Shown here: in pieces, positions 51,651 to 63,706 of the stretch | Layout of the letters: each line of letters opens with the position of its first letter | Position numbering within the stretch: the first letter of the stretch is position 1 | NCBI GenBank assembly: GCA_002269645.1 | Contig: NIVC01000366.1 | Coordinates: 186,001-250,000 of the forward strand | Length of the DNA: 64,000 nucleotides | Direction of reading: 5' to 3' | Source: Macrostomum lignano | Taxonomy: Eukaryota | Made by a program: the position numbers and the translations under genes | Notes under the pieces: model-generated | The model's input: the letters and a program-made list of their open reading frames with translations, nothing else | Told to the model about the DNA's origin: nothing | Databases searched by the model: none

Positions 51651-53488
51651 GAGAGGATAAACGCAACGTCATTTCTGAATCAACATCATCAAAGACTCCA
51701 GAGCAGGACAAGGAGACCAGCTATAAAATAATATTTATTTCTCTCGAATGGGTAATAGCTAGTATCATAACTCAGTTCAAAGATATAGATTCATTAAAAA
51801 ATGAAGGCAAAAAGAAAGTTACCGAGAAAATGGAGGAAGGACACAACATAATGATAATTTGCCACACTCTGTTAATCGATCGTATCCAAAATCTAGGAAT
51901 TTTAGTGACTCAATCAGCCTTGAACATCCCGTACGTCGCTATGCTGGGCAAAGCACTGCAATATTTTGCAACAAAGTTTCTGAAAACTCCTCAAGCGAGC
52001 GGGTCAGTGGGTCATGCCGTCAGCTCAGCGATCTGCAAGCTGCTCCGCTACTACACTGGAGCCAGCAGCGACAGCCGCGTGCCCCAGCAGCTCAGCTTCG
52101 CGGAGGGCAGCGGAGCAGTCAGGGAGATGATGTCGGAGTCGGCCAGAGCTCGCAGTTTCGGCTCATCCGTGACTGCTGACACGGCAAGGTCGATGGCATC
52201 GGCGGGGCTGTTCCAATCGGCCACCGATGGCCGAGTTCGGTGCGCCTTCTGCCAGGGAGCGCTGGAGCCCGGCAGTCTCGCTGAAGGAGAGTCGCCGATG
52301 CAGCTCCACGCCAAGGAGTTCCCCACGTGTCCGTTCGTGCTGGGGATGGACGTCGGCAACAAGCCGGACCTCGAGATGGACGGCGTGTCGCAGTCAGAGC
52401 AGTGCAGCGAGGCCTCTGAGATGTCAACGGAGGTCGTGACGGAGCCCCAGACTGAGGACGAGTGGCGGTCACTGGCGATGTCGGACGGAAGCGCGGGACG
52501 TCCGACTGTCACACTGTCGGAACCGGAAATTCTCGCTGCGGTTTCCCAGACGTCGCTGCCTCCACCACAGACGCTGCGGTCAGCCGCGGAGCCTCGAGCG
52601 GTGCAGGCACTCGAGATGCTCGAGCTGGAGGCGTCTCTGCTGCCGATCGAGCATCCGGGCTTCGTCCGTCAGAGCGACCGGCTGAGGACTTTCGAGAATA
52701 TCGAGCTGTTTGAACCGGCAGATCAGGTCGCGTCAGCGGGGTTCTTCCTGCAGACAGCCGGGACGTTAAACTTGCTGATCTGCTTCGCGTGCAACCTGCG
52801 GTTGTCCGTTGCGGGCTCCCAGCTGCTCGGCAACGCGTGGATCGCCCACGCCGTGTGGTCTCCGAGGTGCGGCCACCTGCTGAGCCGTCGAGGCGCCGCG
52901 TTTGTGCGACGGGTTCGACATTTCGTGGCGCCTGACGTTGTGGCCCGCTTTTCAGAGGTCCTGAGCTCGAGCCGTAATCACGGACAGCAGGATGAGCAAC
53001 AATCACAGGTGAAAATATCATACTCTGGAAACCTGGGAGTCAGGTATCGAATCGAGGCGAGAGAGATCCGAGCTCGATCCGACGTTCCGTCAGCTCGAAT
53101 GGCCATCCGTCTGGGATTCTCAGCTGCCGAGGTTCGCACAGCAATGGAGATGCGGCTGATGTTTGTGGGTGACGACTTCGCGACTTCTGATCAGCTGCTG
53201 GCGGCCGTTGTCAGCCAACACGACGTTCTGACTGTGCGTTCCATGGACATCGAAACATTCAGAGAGTCCGAGCTGCACCGTCTGCGAAGCTCGTCAGCGT
53301 TCGGAGAGCCGGAGGAGTCGCCCGAGACGGACTGGCGCACCTGCAAGGTGTGCATGGTGCACCGGATTAACGTAATTTTGCTGGACTGCGGTCACCTGTG
53401 CTGCTGCAGCCGCTGCTCTGCCAACCTGCAGACATGCCCCATCTGTCGGAAGGTGATCCGAGCCGAGGCGCCCGTGAGGTTCGAGTAG
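51651..53488 (+). CDS. Inhibitor of apoptosis protein, copy 3 (2 BIR + UBA + RING). The frame is open from a putative acceptor at 51650; first ATG at 51830 gives 552 aa
   Basis: Same domains as copy 1 with very high identity from QSALNIPY to the stop. Confidence 0.9.
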
Positions 53489-54174
53489 CATGCAGACTCA
53501 TTAATATGAGACCTTGAGCAGTCACAATAAAATTGTTGTTGTTCGGTTTTTTGCCCTGAAAGTTCCCACCCAGTTCGAATGTATTGCCGATCATATTAAG
53601 CAAAAGCTGTGGACACGACCCTAACGTGAGCCAATGTAGGAAATAGCAACAATGTACCATCCAATTATTTCTTAATGCGATAGGCTGCAAAATGCTGTAT
53701 AAACCAAGCAAGGTCGCTCGCCTTCGCCTTGCTTTTGTCCTTCGCTTCTACCTGCCAACTACCTACTTACTATACTACCTTCCTGTACCTACCTATACCT
53801 ACTACTTCTCGCTAATCTTTGACTCGAATAGACGGTCTATAAAAGTACATGTAGCAATAAAAAACTACTTGGATTTAACAATTGATCTATTGAACCTCCT
53901 AAGAATAACCGATCCTCTCCATAATTACAACAAATCAAAGTTTTTAGTTCGCCTGAAGAAGAAATCCTCTTATAACGAACTTGAACTAGTTGCCAAGTTT
54001 CTACCTTAGAAGTTCTCTCTTAATTTTATATTCTCTGTAAGTTAATATCACCGCGATTTTGAACATCAAACACAACCGGTTCGTACGTGAATATCTTGTG
54101 TTTGCATCATCAGGAAAAGATAGCCAAATTTGCTGCCTTAGTTTTTTAGCTCTTACTGAAATTTTTTTTTACAG

Positions 54175-54468
54175 AGCCCTAGCAGTGGAGTCAAGAAGAC
54201 CAAGGACACCCTTGGATTGCAACGCGCAGGCACACGAAATTCCATAACACTGGACTCACTTTTTGTCCTTCTCAAAAAAGAACTAAGTTGCATGCCTTCC
54301 GGACGGTCCAGATATTCGACGATTCTTCCAAGAGGTCGATTTTTTTCCATAAGCTTTTGTGAGTTCAATACACCCCTGTGCACCAATCAGAAGTGCGCTT
54401 CAGTGCAGACTTGTCAAGCCTACAAATTTCATCAGCACATCGACCTCATGTGTCTGCATCAGCTCTGA
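54175..54468 (+). other. Putative small terminal exon/ORF of unknown function
   Basis: Strong acceptor TTTTTTTTTACAG, then an open frame of about 97 codons; paralogous to 38316-38520. Confidence 0.35.
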
Positions 54469-55558
54469 CTTCCTTAGTCACTGGCATTCACCCTGGCGGA
54501 GCTTCTGGACCTTTGAATTATCGCAAAATGAAAAATATTTGAAGTTACATTGAAGGACTCGCATAAGATGCAAGGCCATATGATAGGGCATGACCCTGAC
54601 AAGAGAGTTGCTGAGATGCCAATTGGCTCAAACTGGGAGAGTTGCTGAGATTTTTTTCGCTATTTACTAAATTGTGACAAAAAACAAAGTGAAAAGTACG
54701 TTGAACTAACAGATATTTTAGTTAGAAAACAAACAAACAAATCTGCAAGCAGTTTAGACAAAAGAAATATTTTATTTGCATAGCCTTCGTAATTATTTGC
54801 TTTAAAATAAAATCGTTATGATGTTTGTCTTTTTCAAGTTCTAACAATTATGAATAACTTGAAAGCATTGATAATTTTACCAATCATAGATAGCTCTACT
54901 CCTAAACTTGAATAACATTACTTGAAAGTTATTAATAAGGAGAAATTAGATAATAATATCCATAATTAATTATCAATGACCCTTGCACGTCTTGCAGCCG
55001 AGATATGTCACACTATAACAATTATAAACTATCGAAAATAAGATTAAAAAAACGATACAATTATGTGATAATTGCTGCAGTTATGTTCATTTCAATAAGG
55101 GAAGATCAACGGATTTCAAGGTATGCCAGGCATAAACTAAGATCATAAACTAAGCTAAGGTAATAAACCGCAATTAAACCCCACTAAGGCAACTGGTCGA
55201 TTTTTTATAGAAGCACATTTTATTTGCTCAGCGCTACACTAAGCTTATATTCTTACTTTATCATGGGTGAGAGTCTTGATATAAAACATGCCTATAATAA
55301 ACACATTAAGCAAAAAGTCAACAGCATGAACAGGTAGAAACCAGAAAATCTGCTGCTAAAAAATATGAGACACGCTTCTAATTTCACCTTTGTTTCAAAA
55401 AAGCATGACAAAAATCCACTAAGTTTACTACTTAAGCAAATAAGTAGGTTAGAAAGCATTGTTTCATAAATAAATAAATGTGTGTAGGGTACTCTGCTAC
55501 TGTAGATCCAGCCTGACACTGGCTAAATTAAAGTCTTCTTTCAGTCAATCAATTGCTG

Positions 55559-58492
55559 TCAAGTCTGGGCAGTTTGGCTATTGACGTGCTCAACAAACTC
55601 GTCTATGAGGGAGGGCCAGGCACCTGAAAATAGAGTGATTGATTATCAGCTCTTGACATCAGCTTCATTTAAGAAGAAAACAAATTTTATTAGCAACAGA
55701 AATTAGAAACACTTGGATATGATCCAAGTGACTGAATTAACAGGTGTTAGTGACTCAGACATGATTATCAGCAGGTGATGGAGTGACTCAGACATGATTA
55801 TCAACATGATGGAGTGACTCAGATAGGTTTATCCACATGTGATGGAGTGACTCAGATATGATTATCAACAGGTGATGGAGTGACTCAGATATGATTATCA
55901 ACAGGTGTCAGAGTGACTCAGACATGATTATCAGCAGGTGATGGAGTGACTCAGATATGATTATCAGCAGGTGATGGAGTGATTCAGATATGATTATCAA
56001 CAGGTGTCAGAGTGACTCAGACATGATTATCAGCAGGTGATGGAGTGACTCAGATATGATTATCAGCAGGTGATGGAGTGACTCAGATATGATTATCAAC
56101 ATGTGATGGAGTGACTCAGATATGATTATCAACATGTGATGGAGTGACTCAGATATGATTATCAGCAGGTGATGGAGTGACTCAGATATGATTATCAGCA
56201 GGTGATGGAGTGACTCAGATATGATTATCAACAGGTGTTAGAGTGACTTAGAAATGCTTATCAACAGGTGTTAGAGTGACTTAGAAATGCTTATCAACAG
56301 GTGTTAGAGTGACTTAGAAATGCTTATCAACAGGTGTTAGAGTGACTTAGAAATGCTTATCAACAGGTGTTAGAGTGACTTAGAAATGCTTATCAACAGG
56401 TGTTAGAGTGACTTAGAAATGCTTATCAACAGGTGTTAGAGTGACTTAGAAATGCTTATCAACAGGTGTTAGAGTGACTTAGAAATGCTTATCAACAGGT
56501 GTTAGAGTGACTTAGAAATGCTTATCAACAGGTGTTAGAGTGACTCAGATATGATTATCAATAGGTGGTAAAGTGACCCTGGGAGCTGCTGTTGGTCGCT
56601 GGAAACTCACCATTGGGATCGTATTCAGCCAAATTGTCCGGATTGCTAATAAAATCGAAGAACAAATTCCAGGTGTCCCTCGAGATGCCGCGCACCTTGT
56701 TCTCCTGAAGGAACTGGCACCATTGCTTCAGTAGCTTAGCGAATGGACGGCCCTCCAGCAGAAGCTGCCAGTACGGGATGGCTGTGTCTATGGCTGAAAA
56801 GGTTGTGCGTCATTGAGACAGTGCACTGCCTTTAGTTGGCGGCTCTGGGGTCTGGGAGGCTGGTGGCTCAGCAACTGGGGATCTGGGAGGCTGGCCAAGC
56901 AACTGGGGATCTGGGAGGCTGGTGGCTCAGCAACTGGGGATCTGGGAGGCTGGTGGCTCAGCAACTGGGGATCTGGGAGGCTGGCCAAGCAACTGGGGAT
57001 CTGGGAGGCTGGTGGCCCAGCAACTGAGGATCTGGGAGGCTGGTGGCCCAGCAACTGAGGATCTGGGAGGCTGGTGGCCCAGCAACTGAGGATTTAGGAG
57101 GCTGGCCTATCTGGGGATCTGAAGGGGCGGCAGACGACTCACCGAGCACCTTAGCATCGCGAGACTCCCTGGCAAAGTTGAAGGTGAAGGCGTACAGATC
57201 CCTGAGCTGGTCCCTATTCTGGCCGAGTCCCCGCTCCACCTGGTTCAGCCTCGGTTTCAGTTTGTCCAGCGAGTCGACGCCCAGTCTGGCCATGCCCCGC
57301 ACAAATTCTGTCCGGGTGAACTCGCCCTGTACGCTGGCGTCCAGTTGCCAGGCAAGCACTAGGGCAGTGAGAGACACCGGATCGATTGAGGTGTCCTCCA
57401 ATAGTCTGAAGATACCGCTGGCTGACATTTTGTCCGGATCTTCGATGGACCTGAGTTCGCATTTTATAATTAAAGCAGAGGATTAAGAGATTAACAGAAC
57501 GATAGCGTTCTAAGGCAGTTTTGGAGAAAGCGATTTTCTTGTAGGGTTGAGGGGCGATTTTTTTGTAGGGTCGAGGGGCGATTTTTTTGTAGGGTCGAGG
57601 GGCGATTTTTTGTGGGGTTGAGGGGCGATTTTTTGTGGGGTTGAGGGGCGATTTTTTCTGGGGTTTTCGATTTTCGATTTTCGAAAGCGATTTTCTTGTA
57701 GGGTTGAGGGGCGATTTTTTTGTAGGGTCGAGGGGCGATTTTTTGTGGGGTTGAGGGGCGATTTTTTGTGGGGTTGAGGGGCGATTTTTTGTGGGGTTGA
57801 GGGGCGATTTTTTCTGGGGTTGAGGGGCGATTTTTTGAGGCTTAGGGGCGATTTTCTTGTGAGACTGAGGGGCGATTTTATTGTAGGGTTGAGGGGCGAT
57901 TTTCTTGTGAGGCTGAAGGGCGATTTTCTTGTGAGGCTGGCTGAGGGGCGATTTTATTGTGGGGCTGAGGGGCGATTTTCTTGTGATATTGAGGGCGATT
58001 TTCTAGTAGGGTTGAGGGGCTTTTTTGCTTGTAGGGCTGAGGGGCGATTTTCTTGTGATGTTGAGGGGCGATTTTCTTGTGATGTTGAGGGGCGATTTTC
58101 TTGTGATGCTTTATTATGTTTTTATTAGATGTTTTGCATTTGACTAGAGAATCTGGAGGAAATGTTGAAAACAAAATTTTAGATATTTTATGGACTTTAA
58201 AACGTTGTGACTCAAGAGCTTACTGGGAACATTGATCGCGCAAGTAGGGTTTATGGCAGGCTGTTTAGACAGCAAGTCAGACTCACTTATAGGAGTTAAA
58301 CAGAGCTGTAATTTTTCTAGTGTCAGCACTTGGCTTCTCTTCATACTTTGCGGGGCTGCTATAAAAATCGTCAACTGCAGCGTCTAACTTCCAGGAATTC
58401 TGGCTTAGACAGAAAATGGCAACAGACTCAGAGGCCTCTGTGCATTGGATGAACCTCTGCACCACCTCCCTCTGGTCGCGGCGTAATTGATG
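55559..58492 (-). CDS. DCUN1D1: DCN1-like neddylation co-E3 (exons 58492-58287, 57450-57143, 56793-56611, 55623-55559; ATG micro-exon upstream not located)
   Basis: All introns are GT-AG with consistent phases. UBA VQRFIQCTEASESVAIFCLSQNSWKLDAAVDDFY; PONY domain LAWQL..GEFTR.EF..FTFNFA..YWQLLL..ISRDTWNLFFDF..GAWPSLIDEFVE. Confidence 0.93.
55735..56570. repeat. 33-bp minisatellite with two subtypes in a DCN1 intron
   Basis: A GAGTGACTCAGATATGATTATCAGCAGGTGATG block, then a GAGTGACTTAGAAATGCTTATCAACAGGTGTTA block. Confidence 0.95.
56845..57115. repeat. 28/31-bp GC-rich minisatellite in a DCN1 intron
   Basis: CAACTGGGGATCTGGGAGGCTGG units. Confidence 0.93.
57530..58110. repeat. ~23-bp minisatellite (GTTGAGGGGCGATTTTTTGT..) in a DCN1 intron
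   Basis: Direct inspection. Confidence 0.93.
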
Positions 58493-59289
58493 CTGAAATA
58501 ATATTATTTTTACTGTTAAATTTTACAATATTCTTATTTAAATCTTAGTTGTCTGCAGTTAGGGATACAACAAAATATGCATGGAATCAGAGATACAGCA
58601 GGTGTTCAACCAAATAAGTTACTTTAGAAGTAAAAAGTGAGAATGAAATTAAGAAAGAATTCTGAGGCATTATATAAGATTTAAATATTCAAACAGCATT
58701 TACCAAAACCTTCTAATCTCAATACTGGCTAGGATTTTATATGCAATTACATAGAATCAAAACCAAATATCAACCAAAAAGAAAAATTGTTTTAAAATAT
58801 AGATTTGAGTTTCATTAAGATATTAACAAACTATCACATTCTTGATAAAGAACAAGTTAAAAATTATAACATTAATAAAAAATTAGGGCTTTAGCATTTA
58901 CACAATTGAATAAAAATGGTCAGTTGAGTTCTCTCTAGCATAAAAATTTATTAGAAAATGCTAAGCCAATATAATAAACTAGATCTGTTTTACAATTTTG
59001 AACCAATACAATATATCAAATATCTCGTAACTGATATTAGATATTGTTAGACTTATGCAATTCACAATAATTGTAACCTTTCTAGTATTAGCATCTTTCT
59101 AGTGTCTTTTTCTTTCTTCTGTTTCTATTTTTGTCTTTATGCAATTTTTTAATATGATAGCCCCCAATTGGGCCATTTTATCCTTTGTGCATATGTATTT
59201 AGAACTATTTTGCAAATAGTTGAGCAATCAAAAATTTAGCTGTCTCTATGTATATGGTGCCTAAAGAAATCAAGTTAAGAGTATTTTTA

Positions 59290-60040
59290 AATATAGCCTG
59301 GTTTTTGCCTTTTTGTGCTAGGTCTGCTAAGCATTAAGCAGCAACAGTATGTCAAGCAACATTTGTAGCTCAATAGAGTTGGCAAGCCAGTCTTGGTTCT
59401 AACAATAAAAAGAGAAAATTGCATCCTTAAGATGACAAAGGGGAGGACAGTTAAACACAAGTAGTGACATGGATGCCAGGGTTGAAGACAGTCAATAACG
59501 AATTGCTTGGCATGAAGCATGGAGTTTTGTTTTAAGTTAAGAAGCCGGGACTCATGATAAAGGTCATTGAGTGATGAAGGTGAGAACTAAGAAGCAGTGT
59601 CTCCTTATTATAGCCCCAGGTAGAGCCAGCAAGAGTTCTGTGCACCAAGTTGTGCTTAGCATGCTTTGTCTCTTGAAGGTGATCTTAGGATCAAAAGTGA
59701 ATCCAAGGATTTTAAGGTGCATAATGGCTAGTAGGCCTAGCTAAATGCAATTGATTTTCACATCTAGTTGGTAGTTATATTGCCACTGGTTGAGCAAAAA
59801 CAGAGTAGTAAATCACTTGTTGATTGAGACAAAGTTGCTTGCTTTCCTCAATTTGGGGAATAGATGTTGATATGGCGGCCACAAAGAGGTTGTTTGTATA
59901 ACCAAGAATCATGATAGACAGGTCTAGAGTTGGCAGATTCTTGAGATAGAATGCAAATAATAGTGGGCTGATGCAGCTACCCTGTGGGAACCCTATCCAT
60001 ATGATGCAACATTTTGAGGCCACCTCTTTGAACATTTTCA
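59290..60040 (-). mobile_element. Degenerate non-LTR reverse transcriptase relic
   Basis: GFPQGSCISPLLFAFY..GYTNN (decayed YADD) and LKILGFTFDPKITFK. Confidence 0.6.
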
Positions 60041-60169
60041 AAGCTTACTAGTCACAGATATACATATATGCCCTACACCCATCCAACCCATCCAAACCAG
60101 ATAGGTGAAATAGCCACTGGCCAAGGAAAGTTGCAAGATCAAAAATGAAAAAAACAAAAAATTAAGGGA

Positions 60170-60213
60170 ATAAAGAGAAGAGAAGAGAAAAGGAAAAGAA
60201 AGGAAAAGAGAGG

Positions 60214-60272
<59 letters not shown>

Positions 60273-60290
60273 GAAGAGAGTGAAAAGGAC
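60170..60290. repeat. (GA)n and purine-rich microsatellite
   Basis: Direct inspection. Confidence 0.95.
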
Positions 60291-62086
60291 AAGAAAAGTC
60301 ATATACAAAGTGAAAATTAAGTTGCAATTACAATCGGAGGAACTAAGTTGCAATTGGGAGGAACTAAGTTGCAATTGGAAGAAACTAAGTCACAAATCTG
60401 GACAAAACAAAGTTGCACCGGATGGGTGAAATTTTGAGGTTGGGCATGTATGCAGATATAGTTGGTAACCTATAATCAAGCAAAAAATCTTATAATCAAG
60501 CATATGACCCTGTCTAAGAACCTACAAAGGATAATCAGCAGTCTTTTGGAAGAAGCCAAGCAATATCATGGGGCTAGACAATTTGCAGCCTCTTTAATAG
60601 CAACCACTGATGCCAGAAGCAGCCTTGCAACTTTGTGCATATCTGCCGCATCTGTGAGGCTTTGCACTTAGCCTATTAGCACAACATTGGGTCCAAAAAA
60701 AACTAATAAATGTCACCTAAACGTCTACCTTGTCTGCTATCATTCCTGCTCCATCTTTAACTTTGCCTCTCACCATGCCTATAGCTTCATTCTTATCTAT
60801 TTTGGCTCATCTATCAATGGCTTTAGTCATACCTGGTGGTGCCATAGCTGCCACCAAATTGCCTAACCTGCAATTGATATGCCGGCATATGGAAGCTAGC
60901 ATTGATATAACTCAGTTCAACTCAGGGGATGTCAATTTCATTATAGATAAGGCCATTATCTATAGGTAATTTTATGCTGACCCATTGGTTTATAATCTGG
61001 CAGTTAAGCCTATGTGTATACTACTTGATTTTGCACTGCATTGCAGTGGAACAGGTGCAATAGCATTTACAAAACTAATACTTGTAGTTTTTTGCTATGC
61101 TCTAAAGTCAAAATTTGTATTTAAGTTTATTGTCAATGAGGAAATTGCATTTTGATTGTTAGATTAGCCACTTAGTAGACGTCTGGGCATTTAAAATGTG
61201 TGCTTACTTTATGGAGAACATTTTTGAGTCATTCTATTCAACAATGCAGTCTTAATAGCAGAATGTTGACCAAAGCAATAAAATGTTCTAGCTTTGTCAA
61301 AGTTGCATTAGATGCTTCTACTGCTTGGTAGCAGTGACAAAGAGCAGTTTCTTCTGAGCACAGTGGGAACTGCTCTTTAAGGATGATAGCCAGGCAGCTA
61401 AGTACAAAATCAACAAATTGGTCAACCAGCAAAAAGACCAGCATTTGCATTGCTTATTCATTGGCTCAATAGAACGTTACCATTGCGAAGATTATACTGA
61501 TGCCAATGACCATTATGACATAGCAGCTACACTGCTTTTGTAGCTGATCATTGACTAGCTTAAAACTATTTTTTGTAGTTCTTGCAAGCTGTAATACAAA
61601 AAGTTTCTATGCTACCAATAGACTGGGTTAGAATGCTTGACAATTAAGGGTTTAGACAAAAATGGAACACAATGCACATATCCCATTTTTTCTTTTTTTC
61701 TATGCAATGTATAGCTACATACCTCTAATAAAGTTTAGTTTACATAGGGGTAAGGTGTCTATACATTTTTAAAACTTGCTACAATAGGGCTGATACATGT
61801 ATAGTATAGCATGATCCTAACTATGGGTATTTTTTTGTAACTTTATTTACTTGACAATGTGGACATTGTCCTTCTAAAAAGGAGGAAAATATAATGCATT
61901 TGCCTATATATTTTAAAAATAATCAAATTTTGTATTTATTTCCCATTTTTTTGCTAGTTATATTTATACTCTATTTAGATTTTTTAATTTTTATTATACT
62001 TTTACTGTTTGTATTAATATATAATTTTATACAAGTTTTATAATATGATTTGTTTTATTGCTTAGCCTAATATTGACAAATATGTA

Positions 62087-63338
62087 TTCGGTTAGGGAGA
62101 AAGTTCCCGCGGTTTCTAGAACTTTCTGTCTAAGAACTTTCTGGAACATTCCAGAGCCCGGCTGTGTGGGTATATATTGAGGGTGGGTGTGTGTGATTCT
62201 AACATGCTATTTAAACCAAAGAGATTACTCACTAGTCACCAGCATTATGGATCTCTCTCGGGCCTATATTCGTGGTCTCCTGCTCTACGACTTCAAATCT
62301 GGACTGTCAGCCGCAGAATCCAGCCGTCGCATCAACGCTGCATTTGGTGCGGGTACCGTGTCTGAACGCACTGCCCAGAACTGGTTTGCGCGGTTTCGCC
62401 AGGGAAATTTTAACCTCGAAGATTTGCCCCGGTCAGGTCGTCCCTCCGAGGTTGATGACGACTGGCTGCGCACACTCGTAGAGGCTGACCCTTGGCAAAC
62501 CACGCGTGAGTTAGCGCAAGTCCTTGATGTAGACCATAAAACGGTCACCAGTCATTTGCATCAGCTGGGCAAGGTGTACAAGCTGGCACAATGGGTACCC
62601 CACCAATTGTCAGATTGGGACAAGGAGCGCAGGGCAGAGGTGGCCACTTCTCTCCTCTCCTACAGGCGCACGCACAACTGGCTAAAGTCCATCGTTACGG
62701 GCGATGAAAAGTGGTGCCTGTACGTCAACATCAAACGTCGACGATTATGGGTTGATGCTGACGCGACGCCTGAGCTGCAGCCAAAGGCCGGACTCCACCC
62801 ACGCAAGGTCATGCTGTGCGTGTGGTGGGACTGCAAGGGCGTCATCTACTACGAACTGCTACCACCCAACACATCAATTACGGCTGACCTATACTGCCAA
62901 CAGCTGGACCGATTGGCCGCCGCCATCGCACAGAAGCGTCCGAACCATGGCCCAGTACGATTCCTCCATGATAACGCTCGTCCACACACTGCTAGGGTGA
63001 CTCGCCAAAAGCTACTGGACCTTGGCTGGGAATTGGTGCCCCATCCACCGTATTCACCAGACTTGGCACCAAGCGACTATCACCTGTTTTTGTCTCTGGC
63101 CAACGCCTTGAACAACAAAACCTTCGCTGATGATGAAGAGCTTGATAACTGGCTGAACAACTTTTTCACTTCAAAGCCAGAGAAATTTTACAGTGACGGT
63201 ATTATGAGTCTGCCCGAAAAATGGCAGAAGGTGATCGATTGTGATGGTGATTATTTTATTTCTTAATTGGCTTTTTGTTTAAAAAACTCAGTTTAACAGA
63301 AAGTTCTAGAAACCGCGGGAACTTTCTCCCCAACCGAA
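62087..63338 (+). mobile_element. Apparently intact mariner transposon, 1252 bp (TIRs resemble the cecropia/Hsmar1 type)
   Basis: ~43-bp TIRs with one mismatch (TTCGGTTRGGGAGAAAGTTCCCGCGGTTTCTAGAACTTTCTGT); TA TSD at 62085-62086 and 63339-63340. Confidence 0.97.
62247..63266 (+). CDS. Mariner transposase, 339 aa, uninterrupted
   Basis: Two HTH regions, WVPHQL, TGDEKW, LHDNARPH and YSPDLAPSD; D,D34D spacing counted by hand. Confidence 0.97.
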   Translation: MDLSRAYIRGLLLYDFKSGLSAAESSRRINAAFGAGTVSERTAQNWFARFRQGNFNLEDLPRSGRPSEVDDDWLRTLVEADPWQTTRELAQVLDVDHKTVTSHLHQLGKVYKLAQWVPHQLSDWDKERRAEVATSLLSYRRTHNWLKSIVTGDEKWCLYVNIKRRRLWVDADATPELQPKAGLHPRKVMLCVWWDCKGVIYYELLPPNTSITADLYCQQLDRLAAAIAQKRPNHGPVRFLHDNARPHTARVTRQKLLDLGWELVPHPPYSPDLAPSDYHLFLSLANALNNKTFADDEELDNWLNNFFTSKPEKFYSDGIMSLPEKWQKVIDCDGDYFIS

Positions 63339-63706
63339 TAATAAATTGTCAAATTGCTTGTAAGAGTGCATGATTTGATTTAGCACTCTCAAAAAAATTC
63401 AAATGAGTTTTGGCTTTTATTACATTATAATATATTTAAAATTTTGAAAAATTCTAACTTACTTTTTTTAAAAAGTTAGGCCTAGCTTTGTTATTGTTAA
63501 ACAAGGGTAGGAAGCCAAGGGCAACTTGTAGATCAGCCTTGAGAAGGGCTCTATTACAATAGTTAAGGGACTTATCTAGCAAGGACATAAAGCCTAAGTA
63601 GCCTAGGTTGGGACTAGGACTTAAGGCCCAGTGAGAGTGCCTTATTGGTGCTACTAACCTAGCCTTTGGATTAAGATACCAACAACCCAATAATAGAAAT
63701 GGAAAC

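Noticed and set aside
60450-61560. Short ORFs as additional genes or the DCN1 first exon
   Set aside because: No recognisable motif or convincing splice structure; probably decayed TE sequence.
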